Assembly (NCBI GenBank): GCA_028709185.1
Contig: JAQVXM010000001.1
Coordinates: 1 to 31,431 of the forward strand
Length of the DNA stretch: 31,431 bases
From: Minisyncoccota bacterium
GTDB taxonomy: Bacteria > Patescibacteriota > Minisyncoccia > UBA6257 > XYB1-36-10
Reading direction: 5' to 3'
Below are positions 16,947 to 26,013 of this stretch, piece by piece; the first letter of the stretch is position 1, and each line of letters starts with the position of its first letter. Made by a program: the position numbers and the translations under genes. The notes beneath the pieces were generated by a model. The model was not told the origin of the DNA. It was given only the letters and a program-made list of their open reading frames with translations, and searched no databases.

Positions 16947-16973
16947 TGAAACAAATAAGACTTTTTTTAGTAT
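16947..16973 (+). promoter_or_regulatory. Candidate ECF-type promoter, overlapping a TATAAT, for the htrA-like gene
   Basis: TGAAAC-N16-AGTAT, with a T-tract just before the -10 element. It resembles the SigW-type consensus TGAAAC-N16-CGTA. Confidence 0.35.
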
Positions 16974-17010
16974 AATTATACAATAAAGTTTAAAGTAGAA
17001 AAAATAAAAA

Positions 17011-18333
17011 ATGAGGAAAAAATTATTTTGGTTCAGCGTAATTTTATCTGGAATTTTAGCGGTGCAAATGTTTGTTCCGCTTTCGATCGCTCAGGCGAAT
17101 TTTATAACAGACTTTTTTGATTCAATTAAAGAAAAACTTCAGCCAATCGGGGAGAGCGTAAAAGAGGGACAGGATGCCTTAAAAGAGAAGATATTAGAGA
17201 AGAACGTGGAAGAAGCAGTGACTGGAATAAAAAAAGATGAAAAGACGGAAGAGGTAAGTTTGTATAAGCCAGCAGCTGATTATGAAAATGCGATAATAGA
17301 AGCGGTAGAAAAAACTGACCCGGCAGTGGTTTCTATTATAGTAACAAAAGATTTGCCTGTGATAGAAAATTGTCCTGTTGATTTGTTTTCTAATATACCA
17401 CAAGAATTAAGACAATTTTTTGAATTACCGGAAGGAACTTATTCACAACCATGTCAAAAGGGAGTGAAAAAGCAGGAAGTGGGCGGGGGAAGCGGATTTT
17501 TAGTTTCAAACGATGGATTGATACTTACGAATAAACATGTAGTAAATGATGAAACAGCTTCTTATACAATTTTAACCAATGACGGAAAAAAATACGAAGC
17601 AAAAGTTTTAGCGAAAGATCCGCTTGCGGATATTGCTATTGTAAAGGCTGATATTTCAGGACTTGCGACAGTTAAATTGGGAGATTCTGATTCCGTAAAA
17701 TTAGGGCAAACGGCAATTGCTATTGGTAATGCTCTTGGAGAGTTTAGAAATACCGTTTCGGTTGGAGTGATATCGGGGCTAGCGAGAACGGTGACGGCTA
17801 CAGATGGAAATGGAGGGGGAGAAACTATAGAGGGAGTATTTCAAACCGACGCAGCGATAAATCCTGGAAATTCCGGTGGGCCACTTTTGAATTTAAGAGG
17901 GGAAGTAATAGGAATAAATACAGCAATAGCATCAGGAGCTGAGAATATTGCTTTCACTATTCCAATAAATATGGCAAAGAAAGCAATAGATTCAGTAAAA
18001 ACAACAGGAAAAATATCAACTCCTTATATCGGAGTGAGATATTATATTTTAAGCGAAGAAGACGCAAAAGAAAAAAATATTCCGTATGCTTACGGAGCTT
18101 TAATAGTGAAAGGAGAAAATGGGGAGACGGGAATATCAGCAGGATCGCCGGCGGAAAAAGTAGGACTTAAGGAAGGGGATGTAATTTTGGAAATCGGAGG
18201 AGAAAAAATAGATTTGAATCATTCTTTAATGTTATTAATCAGAAAACATGAAGTGGGAGAAAGAGTGGGAATAAAAGTTTATAGAGAAGGAAAGGAAATA
18301 TTTCTTTACCCGGTTTTAGAGGAAAGAAAATAA
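17011..18333 (+). CDS. htrA: HtrA/DegP-family trypsin-like serine protease with a PDZ domain
   Basis: Signal or anchor sequence, GSGFLV, TNKHVV (His), DIAIVK (Asp), QTDAAINPGNSGGPL (Ser) and a C-terminal PDZ (PAEKVGLKEGDVILEIGG). Confidence 0.95.
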   Translation: MRKKLFWFSVILSGILAVQMFVPLSIAQANFITDFFDSIKEKLQPIGESVKEGQDALKEKILEKNVEEAVTGIKKDEKTEEVSLYKPAADYENAIIEAVEKTDPAVVSIIVTKDLPVIENCPVDLFSNIPQELRQFFELPEGTYSQPCQKGVKKQEVGGGSGFLVSNDGLILTNKHVVNDETASYTILTNDGKKYEAKVLAKDPLADIAIVKADISGLATVKLGDSDSVKLGQTAIAIGNALGEFRNTVSVGVISGLARTVTATDGNGGGETIEGVFQTDAAINPGNSGGPLLNLRGEVIGINTAIASGAENIAFTIPINMAKKAIDSVKTTGKISTPYIGVRYYILSEEDAKEKNIPYAYGALIVKGENGETGISAGSPAEKVGLKEGDVILEIGGEKIDLNHSLMLLIRKHEVGERVGIKVYREGKEIFLYPVLEERK

Positions 18334-18406
18334 ATAATATCAAAGGAAAGATTTATCGGGATAATTTATGTTTTAAGAAAAAAGCGAGACGGTTTTTATA
18401 AATCTT

Positions 18407-19612
18407 TTATTTATCCAGTTCTTTTTTGAGACAGGAAATAAAATATTCAATTTCTTTTTTAGTGTTGTAAAAAGAAAGAGAGAGACGGATAGCTTTTTTT
18501 ATTTTCTTGTTTTGAAAGTAAAAATTATTACAGAAGAAACCGCTTCGGACAGCAATGTTGTATTTTTGATCAAGGCGAATAGCGAGAGAATGGGAATCGA
18601 TATTTTCAATAAAGAAAGAAATAATAGGAGCGCGAGTTTCTAAATCTTTTTTTATCGGTTCATTAATAATCTTAAGGCGAGGAATTTTTTTGAGTTCTTC
18701 CGTTAAAAAATAAAGAAGCTCATTTTCGTATTGTTTTATGTTTTTCATTCCGATTTTGTTTAAAAAATCTATAGCTGTTTTCAGACCGAGGATGCCGGAA
18801 TAATTTTGAAGTCCGGGTTCAAATTTTCCCGGACCGGAGAGAAGATTGTTTTTTTCATCAACAGTTCCGCCGCCAACAAAAAATGGTTTTAGATTAATTG
18901 GATTTTTAGCCAAATCTTTTATATAGAGAACACCAACGCCGGTTGGACCATAAAGCTTATGACTAGAAAAAGCGAGAAAATCAGTATTCAGGTTTTTAGC
19001 ATCTATTTTGCCATGAGGGAGAGCTTGAGCAGCATCAAGAAAAAGATGAGCTTTATATTTTTTGACAATTTTACTGATTTTTGAAGCAGAAATAGAGATT
19101 CCATCAAGATTAGAAGTAAAAGCAAGAGAAACTAGACGAATATTTTTATTTTTTTGAAGGATTTTCTCAAATTTTTTCAAATCAATAATACCATTATCGG
19201 TCTCGAAAATTATAAGTTTAATCTTATTTTCGGCGGCTAATAATTTCCAAGGAAGAAAATTAGAATTATGTTCTTTGTCTGAAATAAGGACAGAGTCATT
19301 TTTTTTAAAAGGGAAAGAGCGGGCGATGAGATTTATGGCTTCGGTGGTGTTTTTAACAAAAATGATTTCTTCTTGACGGACTCCGATAAAACTGGCTACG
19401 GTTTTTCTTGATTCAGACATTTTTTTATCAACAAGAGATGAAAGTCGATGGAGAGAACGGCTGGCGCAGGAGGGATATTTTTCATAATATTCCACAATAG
19501 ATTTTATAACTTCGGATGGTTTTAAGGAGCCGCAGGCGGAATCAAAAAAAACCGGAGGATTTTTTCCGGCTAAAATAGGAAATTTTTTTCTTATCTGATC
19601 CGTATTAAACAT
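18407..19612 (-). CDS. Class V PLP aminotransferase, cysteine desulfurase-like (SufS/CsdA group)
   Basis: IRKKFPIL, NTTEAINL, EHNSN, DAAQ, SSHKLYGPTG (PLP Lys) and VRSGFFC (catalytic Cys loop). The start is placed at Met16 of the ORF track (MFNTDQIRKKF). Confidence 0.88.
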   Translation of the reverse strand: MFNTDQIRKKFPILAGKNPPVFFDSACGSLKPSEVIKSIVEYYEKYPSCASRSLHRLSSLVDKKMSESRKTVASFIGVRQEEIIFVKNTTEAINLIARSFPFKKNDSVLISDKEHNSNFLPWKLLAAENKIKLIIFETDNGIIDLKKFEKILQKNKNIRLVSLAFTSNLDGISISASKISKIVKKYKAHLFLDAAQALPHGKIDAKNLNTDFLAFSSHKLYGPTGVGVLYIKDLAKNPINLKPFFVGGGTVDEKNNLLSGPGKFEPGLQNYSGILGLKTAIDFLNKIGMKNIKQYENELLYFLTEELKKIPRLKIINEPIKKDLETRAPIISFFIENIDSHSLAIRLDQKYNIAVRSGFFCNNFYFQNKKIKKAIRLSLSFYNTKKEIEYFISCLKKELDK

Positions 19613-19793
19613 AAATAATGTTTTCTTTAATATAAAATAAAGATTTTTTATTTGCAATCAGTGATTTTTTGTTTTATTATAAAAAAGATTTAAGGCAGAA
19701 GAATGGATAACTTAATTAAGGGAGTTTTTACGCCTTATTATCTGATTATGAGGGAGAATTTAACGAATCAGAAATTAAAATAAATAAAAAAGT

Positions 19794-22439
19794 ATGCCTC
19801 AATTCAATAGATTCACTATAAAAGCTCAAGAAGCTTTGCAAAATGCGCAAGAATTGGCGCAAAGAGAAAATCATGGAGAGATGAAAGCTTTGCATTTGTT
19901 GGCTTCATTAATAGCTGATCCGACAACTTTAATACATCCGATTTTAGTTCGTTCGGGAGTAAAAGCGGATAACTTAGAGACGCAAATTGAAGAAGCGTTG
20001 AAGACTTTACCAAAGATAGTTTCAAATTCTTCTATCGGACAATTGTATCTTTCAAATGAAGTGATGCAAATTTTGGATCGATCAGGAAAGATAGCTTTTT
20101 CCATGAAGGATGAATTTGTTTCGTGCGAACATTTATTGTTTGCCATTATGGAAGTGCCGACGGAAGCAAAAAAAATTTTGGATTCTTTTGGGTTGAAAAG
20201 AGAGACTGCACTTCGGATACTTTCTCAACTTCGAGGAACAGCAAGAGTGACAGACGAAACACCGGAAAACAAATTTCAAGTTTTAGAAAAATATTCCGTT
20301 AATTTAACGCAAAGAGCAAAAGAAGGAAAATTAGATCCAGTAATAGGAAGAGACGAGGAATTGCGAAGATTGATACAAATTTTATCAAGAAGAACAAAAA
20401 ATAATCCGGTTTTAATCGGGGAGCCGGGAGTTGGAAAGACAGCAATAGTGGAAGGATTGGCGCAAAGAATTGTGACGGGAGATGTGCCGGAAACTTTAAA
20501 AAATAAAGAAATAATAATGCTTGATCTCGGGTCTTTAATAGCCGGGACTAAATTTAGAGGAGAATTTGAGGATCGACTGAAAGCTTTTATGAAAGAAATA
20601 CAACAATCAGGAGGGAAGTTAATTCTATTTATAGACGAAATTCATACAATTGTCGGAGCGGGAGCGGCGGAAGGAGCGGTGGATGCTTCTAATTTACTTA
20701 AGCCGGCTTTAGCTCGAGGGGAACTTAGAGCAATTGGAGCAACAACAATAAAAGAATATCAAAAATATATAGAAAAAGATCCGGCTTTGGAGAGAAGGTT
20801 TGCGCCGATAATTGTGGAGGAGCCAACAATTGAAGATAGTATTGCCATTCTTCGCGGTTTAAAGGAAAAATATGAAATTCATCACGGGATGAGAATAAAA
20901 GATGAAGCTATTCAGGCGGCGGTGAATTTATCGGCGAGATATATTATGGATAGATTTTTACCAGACAAGGCTGTTGATTTAATAGATGAAGCGGCGGCGG
21001 CAAGAAGACTAGAAACAGAAAGTTTGCCAAAAGAAATAGATAAAATAAGAAGAGAAATTACGCGTCTTGAAATAGAAAAACAGGCTCTTTTAAAGGAAGA
21101 TAAAGATGTTGCAAAAAAGAGATTGAAAGAGATTGATGAAAAGTTAGCAGAAATAAAAGAAAAAAACGATGGATTATCAGGTAAATGGCATGCAGAAAAA
21201 ATAACTTTTGAAAAGTATCACAGTTTAAGGCAAAAGCTTGATGATTTGAAGTTTGAAGCGGAAGTGGCGGAAAGAGAGGGAAATTTAGAAAGAGTGGCGC
21301 AAGTTTTATACGGGGAATTACCTGAGGCGGAGAAAGAATTAAAAAATTTTGAGAAAAAACATCTTTGGGGTGAAAAAAAGAATCGCAAAGAAGGGGGAGA
21401 GGAACAGTTTATAAAAGAAGCGGTAGATGAAGAAGATATTGGAGCGGTGGTTTCTAGATGGACGGGAATTCCGGTTTCTAAAATGTTGGAAGGAGAAGCG
21501 GAAAAACTAACAAAAGCGGAAGAAGTTCTAAAAGAAAGAGTAATTGGTCAGGAAGAGGCAATAGAAGTGATTGCGAAAGCTTTAAGAAGAGCGCGTTCCG
21601 GATTAGCTGATGAAAATCGACCATCGGGTTCTTTTATGTTTTTAGGTCCAACAGGAGTGGGAAAAACAGAATTAGCAAAAGCGCTAGCCAGTTTTATGTT
21701 TAATGATGAAAAAGCGCTTATTCGAGTAGACATGTCTGAATATATGGAAAGACACGCCGTTTCGAAATTAATCGGTTCTCCTCCGGGATATGTTGGTTTT
21801 GACGAAGGAGGACAATTAACAGAAATTGTAAGGCACAGACCATACAGCTTAATACTTTTTGATGAAATAGAAAAAGCTCATCCAGAGGTTTTTAATATTC
21901 TTCTTCAAGTTCTTGATAATGGAAGATTGACAGATAGCAAAGGGAGGACGGTGAATTTTAAGAATACAATTATTATAATGACTTCAAATGCGGGAAGCGA
22001 GATAATAAAAGAAATGTCTTCAATCGGATTTGCTTCATTATCAGAAGATAAAAAAGAAAAAGAAGAAAAAGAATATAAGAATAATATAATGGTATCTTTA
22101 AAGGATTATTTCCGACCGGAATTTTTAAACAGAATTGATGATATAATAATATTTAATCCTTTGACACCGGATGATGTAAAAGAGATAGTGGAGCTACAAT
22201 TAAAAGAAGTAGAGGAAAAACTTTTAAAGAGAGGAATAAAATTGTTTTTCAATAATACGGTAAAGAAATATATAGCGGAGAGAGGATTTGATCCGGAATT
22301 TGGAGCAAGACCGGTTAAGAGGATGGTGCAAAAGGTGATTTTGGATGAATTAGCGGATAGAATTATAAGAGGAGAGATAAAACATGGAGCGAAGATTAAA
22401 GTTGATTTTAAGGGAGGAGTACTTGTATTTAGCCATTAA
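19794..22439 (+). CDS. clpB: Hsp100/Clp AAA+ ATPase with a ClpB-type long M-domain and an additional IGF loop
   Basis: N-terminal Clp repeats, NBD1 ([13 protein letters not shown]), a long coiled-coil M-domain ending LYGELPE, NBD2 ([12 protein letters not shown] pore loop, FDEIEKAH) and [10 protein letters not shown]. Confidence 0.93.
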   Translation: MPQFNRFTIKAQEALQNAQELAQRENHGEMKALHLLASLIADPTTLIHPILVRSGVKADNLETQIEEALKTLPKIVSNSSIGQLYLSNEVMQILDRSGKIAFSMKDEFVSCEHLLFAIMEVPTEAKKILDSFGLKRETALRILSQLRGTARVTDETPENKFQVLEKYSVNLTQRAKEGKLDPVIGRDEELRRLIQILSRRTKNNPVLIGEPGVGKTAIVEGLAQRIVTGDVPETLKNKEIIMLDLGSLIAGTKFRGEFEDRLKAFMKEIQQSGGKLILFIDEIHTIVGAGAAEGAVDASNLLKPALARGELRAIGATTIKEYQKYIEKDPALERRFAPIIVEEPTIEDSIAILRGLKEKYEIHHGMRIKDEAIQAAVNLSARYIMDRFLPDKAVDLIDEAAAARRLETESLPKEIDKIRREITRLEIEKQALLKEDKDVAKKRLKEIDEKLAEIKEKNDGLSGKWHAEKITFEKYHSLRQKLDDLKFEAEVAEREGNLERVAQVLYGELPEAEKELKNFEKKHLWGEKKNRKEGGEEQFIKEAVDEEDIGAVVSRWTGIPVSKMLEGEAEKLTKAEEVLKERVIGQEEAIEVIAKALRRARSGLADENRPSGSFMFLGPTGVGKTELAKALASFMFNDEKALIRVDMSEYMERHAVSKLIGSPPGYVGFDEGGQLTEIVRHRPYSLILFDEIEKAHPEVFNILLQVLDNGRLTDSKGRTVNFKNTIIIMTSNAGSEIIKEMSSIGFASLSEDKKEKEEKEYKNNIMVSLKDYFRPEFLNRIDDIIIFNPLTPDDVKEIVELQLKEVEEKLLKRGIKLFFNNTVKKYIAERGFDPEFGARPVKRMVQKVILDELADRIIRGEIKHGAKIKVDFKGGVLVFSH

Positions 22440-23100
22440 GGCCGCTTTTTTAGCGATAATTTTTATACAAGCTTCCGCTTGGGTTTTTATAGCACTTTCT
22501 TTGTTTGTTTTTTTTTATAGCGCTCAAAATTCTTCTGTTTCTTATTTTTTTACTTTTCTTTCTTTTATTTTTTCTTCATATTTTGCTTTATTTTTCTTTC
22601 CAGAATATTGGTATTTTTTAGGAGTTCTTGTTTTTTTGGGATTTTTTACAATATTAGGATTGAAAAATTTAGCTTTTATTTATAAAAAGGAAATATACAA
22701 GTTATTGAGTTTTCTTATACTTGCTTTAATTTTTTTAGTTTTCTTTTGGGCGGATTTTTTTTATGAGACTCATTTATTTTTATTTATACTTCTAACTTTT
22801 GGAATTTATTTTATTTTTTTTGATTCCTTTTCGTTATTATTTAAAGAGAAAGAAAAAGCGGGAGTTTTTAGTTTGTTCTCCACTTTTATGATTTTAGAAG
22901 CGGTTTGGTCTATTAAAATGTTGCCTATAGGAATAATCAATCAAAGCGCAATAGCGCTTATTTTCTCTGTAGCTTTTCAAGAATTCGCATCTTTAGTTGA
23001 AGAAAAGAAAATTAATTATAGAAGAATACTTTTGATTTTCACTTCATTTATTTTTGTTTTTTTAATAATTATGGCTTTTTCCAAATGGACGGTGAATTAG
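22384..23100 (+). CDS. Polytopic membrane hypothetical protein (start uncertain; overlaps the 3' end of clpB)
   Basis: Phe/Leu-rich ORF with about 7-8 hydrophobic segments. Confidence 0.7.
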   Translation: MERRLKLILREEYLYLAIKAAFLAIIFIQASAWVFIALSLFVFFYSAQNSSVSYFFTFLSFIFSSYFALFFFPEYWYFLGVLVFLGFFTILGLKNLAFIYKKEIYKLLSFLILALIFLVFFWADFFYETHLFLFILLTFGIYFIFFDSFSLLFKEKEKAGVFSLFSTFMILEAVWSIKMLPIGIINQSAIALIFSVAFQEFASLVEEKKINYRRILLIFTSFIFVFLIIMAFSKWTVN

Positions 23101-23139
23101 AAAAAATATCAGAGTTTGTAAAGCTAATAAATTTAAAGA

Positions 23140-24723
23140 GTGAAGAATTTTAATTTTTTAAAATCGGGCAGAATTAAAGAAGTTTGTTTTATAGCTTTTC
23201 TTTTAATAATCTCTCTTTTTTTTCACTTTTTTTATAAAAATTTTGCGGATAATGACAGCTTTTTTTATATAAGGGAGGCGTGGCGGTTAAGAACGGAAGG
23301 TATTTTTACAACCGATTTTCCATGGACTTATTTTTCGATGATAAGAGAATATGGAATTTCTTTATGGTGGGGATTTTTGATAATTCTTCAGCCTTTTACT
23401 TATTTTTCCGATTTAAGAATAGGAATAAAAATGGCGGGAGTTATTTTTACCTTTTTAGGTCTTTTAATTTTTTATTTAACCATAAGAAGAGAAAAAGTAA
23501 TTTGGCCTTTTATCTGGCCTCTTTTTTATTTATTCTCAGCACCTAATATTCTTTATCGATTTTTAATGGTGCGACCGCAAATTATTTCAACAGCGTTATC
23601 TTTTTTATTGTTATCAGTTTTAGCAAGGGGATCTATTTATACAGTGATAATTACTTCATTTCTGATAACTTGGATACATTTTAATTTTTTTTTCGTGCCA
23701 ATAGTTATATATGCCGTTTATTTTCTTGCAAAACTGGCAGTAGAAAAGAAGGCGGATTTTTGGAAGGGGGCGGGGGTAATAGTCGGGGTGGTATTAGGAT
23801 GGGTGGCGCGGCCCGATTTTTGGTTAGCGGGAAAACTTGTTTATATTCAGATTGTCGATTTATTTCTTACAAAACAAGCAAAAATTCCTCTTCTCTTTGG
23901 CGCAGAAAATGAACCGTTATTATGGATTACTTTATTAAGAAATTTTTGGCCGACTATTTTAATTTTTATCTTCGGTGTTTTTGTGTTGGCGAAGTTTTAT
24001 TTTGAAAAATATAAGAAAGGGGAGATTTTTAAAGCAGGGGATGGAGAAGAGATATTTACCTTAGCAAGTTTTATTTTGGCAAGCGGATTTTTATTTTTAA
24101 CGATGTTTTCGGCGAGGAGGGCATATGATTTTTGGGTGGGATTTTCAATGCTTTTTTTAGCGTCTATTTCTACTTATCTTTTACCTAAAATTTCTTTTAA
24201 AACAAGAGAATTATTAGAAAGTGTCTTTAAATACGGAATAATTGTTTTGTTTATTTTTTCGCTTTTTTATTCCATTTATAAAAATGACAGAAGCATGAAA
24301 GAAGAGGCTTTTAGACCAGACCGATTAGAAGAAGCATCTTTGTGGCTTAGGGAAAATTCAAAAGAAAAAGATATTGTTTTTAATTTGAATTGGGCGAGGT
24401 TTTCTCAAATGTTTTTTTGGAATCAAAAAAATTATTATATCGGAGGATTGGATCCAATATTTCAATATATCTACAACGAAGATTTATATTGGAAATTTCA
24501 TTATTTATCGACTGATCTTGTAACTAAAAAAACATGCGGAAAAGAAGAGTGTAAAGTAGAAGATCTTGAAGACACTTATGAGGTTTTAAAAAATGATTTT
24601 AAAGCAAAATTTGTGTTTTTAGAGAAAGAACAAAATCCGGCGGTTTATTGGTATTTAGAGCAGGACGAGAGATATGAGAAGAAGTTTGAAAATAAAAAAG
24701 AAGTTATTTTTGAAGTAAAATAA
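23140..24723 (+). CDS. Polytopic GT-C superfamily glycosyltransferase-like protein
   Basis: First external loop ADNDSFFYIREA, many TM helices and a C-terminal soluble domain beginning SLWLRENSKEKDIVFN. This is the typical GT-C (STT3/PMT/ArnT-like) layout. Confidence 0.6.
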   Translation: MKNFNFLKSGRIKEVCFIAFLLIISLFFHFFYKNFADNDSFFYIREAWRLRTEGIFTTDFPWTYFSMIREYGISLWWGFLIILQPFTYFSDLRIGIKMAGVIFTFLGLLIFYLTIRREKVIWPFIWPLFYLFSAPNILYRFLMVRPQIISTALSFLLLSVLARGSIYTVIITSFLITWIHFNFFFVPIVIYAVYFLAKLAVEKKADFWKGAGVIVGVVLGWVARPDFWLAGKLVYIQIVDLFLTKQAKIPLLFGAENEPLLWITLLRNFWPTILIFIFGVFVLAKFYFEKYKKGEIFKAGDGEEIFTLASFILASGFLFLTMFSARRAYDFWVGFSMLFLASISTYLLPKISFKTRELLESVFKYGIIVLFIFSLFYSIYKNDRSMKEEAFRPDRLEEASLWLRENSKEKDIVFNLNWARFSQMFFWNQKNYYIGGLDPIFQYIYNEDLYWKFHYLSTDLVTKKTCGKEECKVEDLEDTYEVLKNDFKAKFVFLEKEQNPAVYWYLEQDERYEKKFENKKEVIFEVK

Positions 24724-24833
24724 AAAAAGGAGGATTAAAAAATGGAATATAATTTTAAGAGAGCGTTTTAAGATTGGTAGACTGATTTTATTCTTAATTT
24801 GACATAAAAGAAGAGGAGAAATATATTAGAGAA

Positions 24834-25544
24834 ATGAATTCGGAAAATTTTAAAAAAGAGGTGTATAGGATTTCCTATGCTTTGTTTATGGTTTCCGAAC
24901 AAATTAAAAGGGTTTCCGTGGCAAAGAAAATTGCCGAATACGCAGTTTTTTTATTAGAAGACGTATATAATAATGATTTAGATAAAGCTTTGAAAGATAA
25001 TGAATTTTTAAGCAGTTTGGTTTATTTTTCTTCTGACACTGGGTTATTAGATTATGAAGATAGAGAGGTTTTAATTGAGGAACTTATTAGTTTAAAGGAA
25101 GTAATAGAAAGAGAGAAAAAAGAAAATAGAGGAGCAAGGGAGTTTTTAAAAAAAGATTTATCAAGTCCACTTCCAATATTTTTAGGAAAAAGAGAGGGTG
25201 AAGAGAATGTTTTCTTTAAGGAAGGTATTTTAGATGGATCTGAATTATTAGAAAAAGACAAGGTTTTAATTAGTTCGGAATTAGGAAATTCGGAAATTCG
25301 GAAAGATAGTTCGGAAATTAGGAATTTAGAGAAAGCTTCGGATGGAACTTTAAAAAGGAGGGAAGATATATTAAACAGAATAAAGCAGAGCGGAATTTGT
25401 TTTTTAAAAGATTTGTCAGTTTTTTTCCCTAATTGCAGTGAAAGAACATTAAGATATGACTTAGAGTGGCTTTCGAAGCAAAAAAAAGTGGAAAAAATAG
25501 GAAGTAGCGGACCAGGAACATTTTATAGGGCAAAAATAGAATAA
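24834..25544 (+). CDS. Four-helix-bundle N-terminal domain plus C-terminal DeoR-type winged HTH (putative DNA-binding regulator)
   Basis: The C-terminus RREDILNRIKQSGICFLKDLSVFFPNCSERTLRYDLEWLSKQKKVEKIG fits the DeoR HTH pattern (SExTxRxDL). The N-terminus is helical. Confidence 0.7.
   Translation: MNSENFKKEVYRISYALFMVSEQIKRVSVAKKIAEYAVFLLEDVYNNDLDKALKDNEFLSSLVYFSSDTGLLDYEDREVLIEELISLKEVIEREKKENRGAREFLKKDLSSPLPIFLGKREGEENVFFKEGILDGSELLEKDKVLISSELGNSEIRKDSSEIRNLEKASDGTLKRREDILNRIKQSGICFLKDLSVFFPNCSERTLRYDLEWLSKQKKVEKIGSSGPGTFYRAKIE
25271..25324 (+). repeat. Intragenic array of 7-8-bp TT(C/A)GGAA(A) units
   Basis: Units at 25274, 25281, 25289, 25297, 25310 and 25318, in the linker between the two domains. 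Confidence 0.8.
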
Positions 25545-25677
25545 TAAGAAAAAATTTTTTAATTGATAACTTTTAGAAGAATATATAATAATTTTAATAA
25601 CTAAAGTAATAAAAAGGAGTAACTAAAAAGATTTATTTCCGTTTAATATTAATGAAAATCGGAAATTTTAGTAACTA

Positions 25678-25706
25678 TTGATTTTGATTGTCTGATTTGT
25701 TAATGT
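25678..25706 (+). promoter_or_regulatory. Candidate sigma70 promoter for the structured RNA element
   Basis: TTGATT-N17-TAATGT, with a TGn extended -10 at 25698-25700. Confidence 0.45.
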
Positions 25707-25856
25707 TAGGAACGGTTTTAGCATTTTAAATAGTGCTTAAAGTTCTTAGTGTGAGGCTGAGAACATAAATAAGAGGATATTTCCTCTTATTTAAAAGCTT
25801 TAGTTAAATAAAAATTTAACAAAGAAAAAAGCCTCGTTCTAAGAACGGGGCTTTTT
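25707..25856 (+). ncRNA. Candidate structured sRNA or attenuator leader upstream of the surface-protein gene
   Basis: Stacked hairpins (12-bp perfect stem 25766-25793; 7-bp stem 25803-25820) end in a terminator. A 17-nt upstream segment is complementary to the terminator arm. Confidence 0.45.
25826..25856 (+). terminator. Intrinsic terminator 157 nt upstream of the large surface-protein ATG
   Basis: AAAAAGCCTCGTTC-TAA-GAACGGGGCTTTTT with one G-U pair. Confidence 0.8.
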
Positions 25857-26013
25857 AAGTAAATGATATTAAAGGTTTGTCGCTTATTTAACCCTATCTC
25901 TTACCCCTCACAAGGTCAGCGGTTTGGTCGATAATTAGTTGCAAACTTTCCAGAAAATTATACATTATAAATTTAGAATTAATTACACTAGATAACGAAA
26001 AAAAGAAAGAAAA

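Noticed and set aside
18347-18407. 10-bp inverted repeat AAAGATTTAT / ATAAATCTTT between htrA and the desulfurase gene
   Set aside because: It is almost entirely A/T with a 41-nt spacer, which is plausible by chance at this composition.
24834-25130. Four-helix-bundle domain as the Avd of a diversity-generating retroelement
   Set aside because: There is no reverse transcriptase and no template/variable repeat pair with adenine-specific mismatches in the window, and the domain is fused to an HTH.
25718-25739. CIRCE (HrcA operator)-like TTAGCATTT-taaa-TAGTGCTTA
   Set aside because: The spacer is 4 nt rather than 9, the half-sites are degenerate, and it is not upstream of a chaperone gene. No CIRCE was seen before clpB either.
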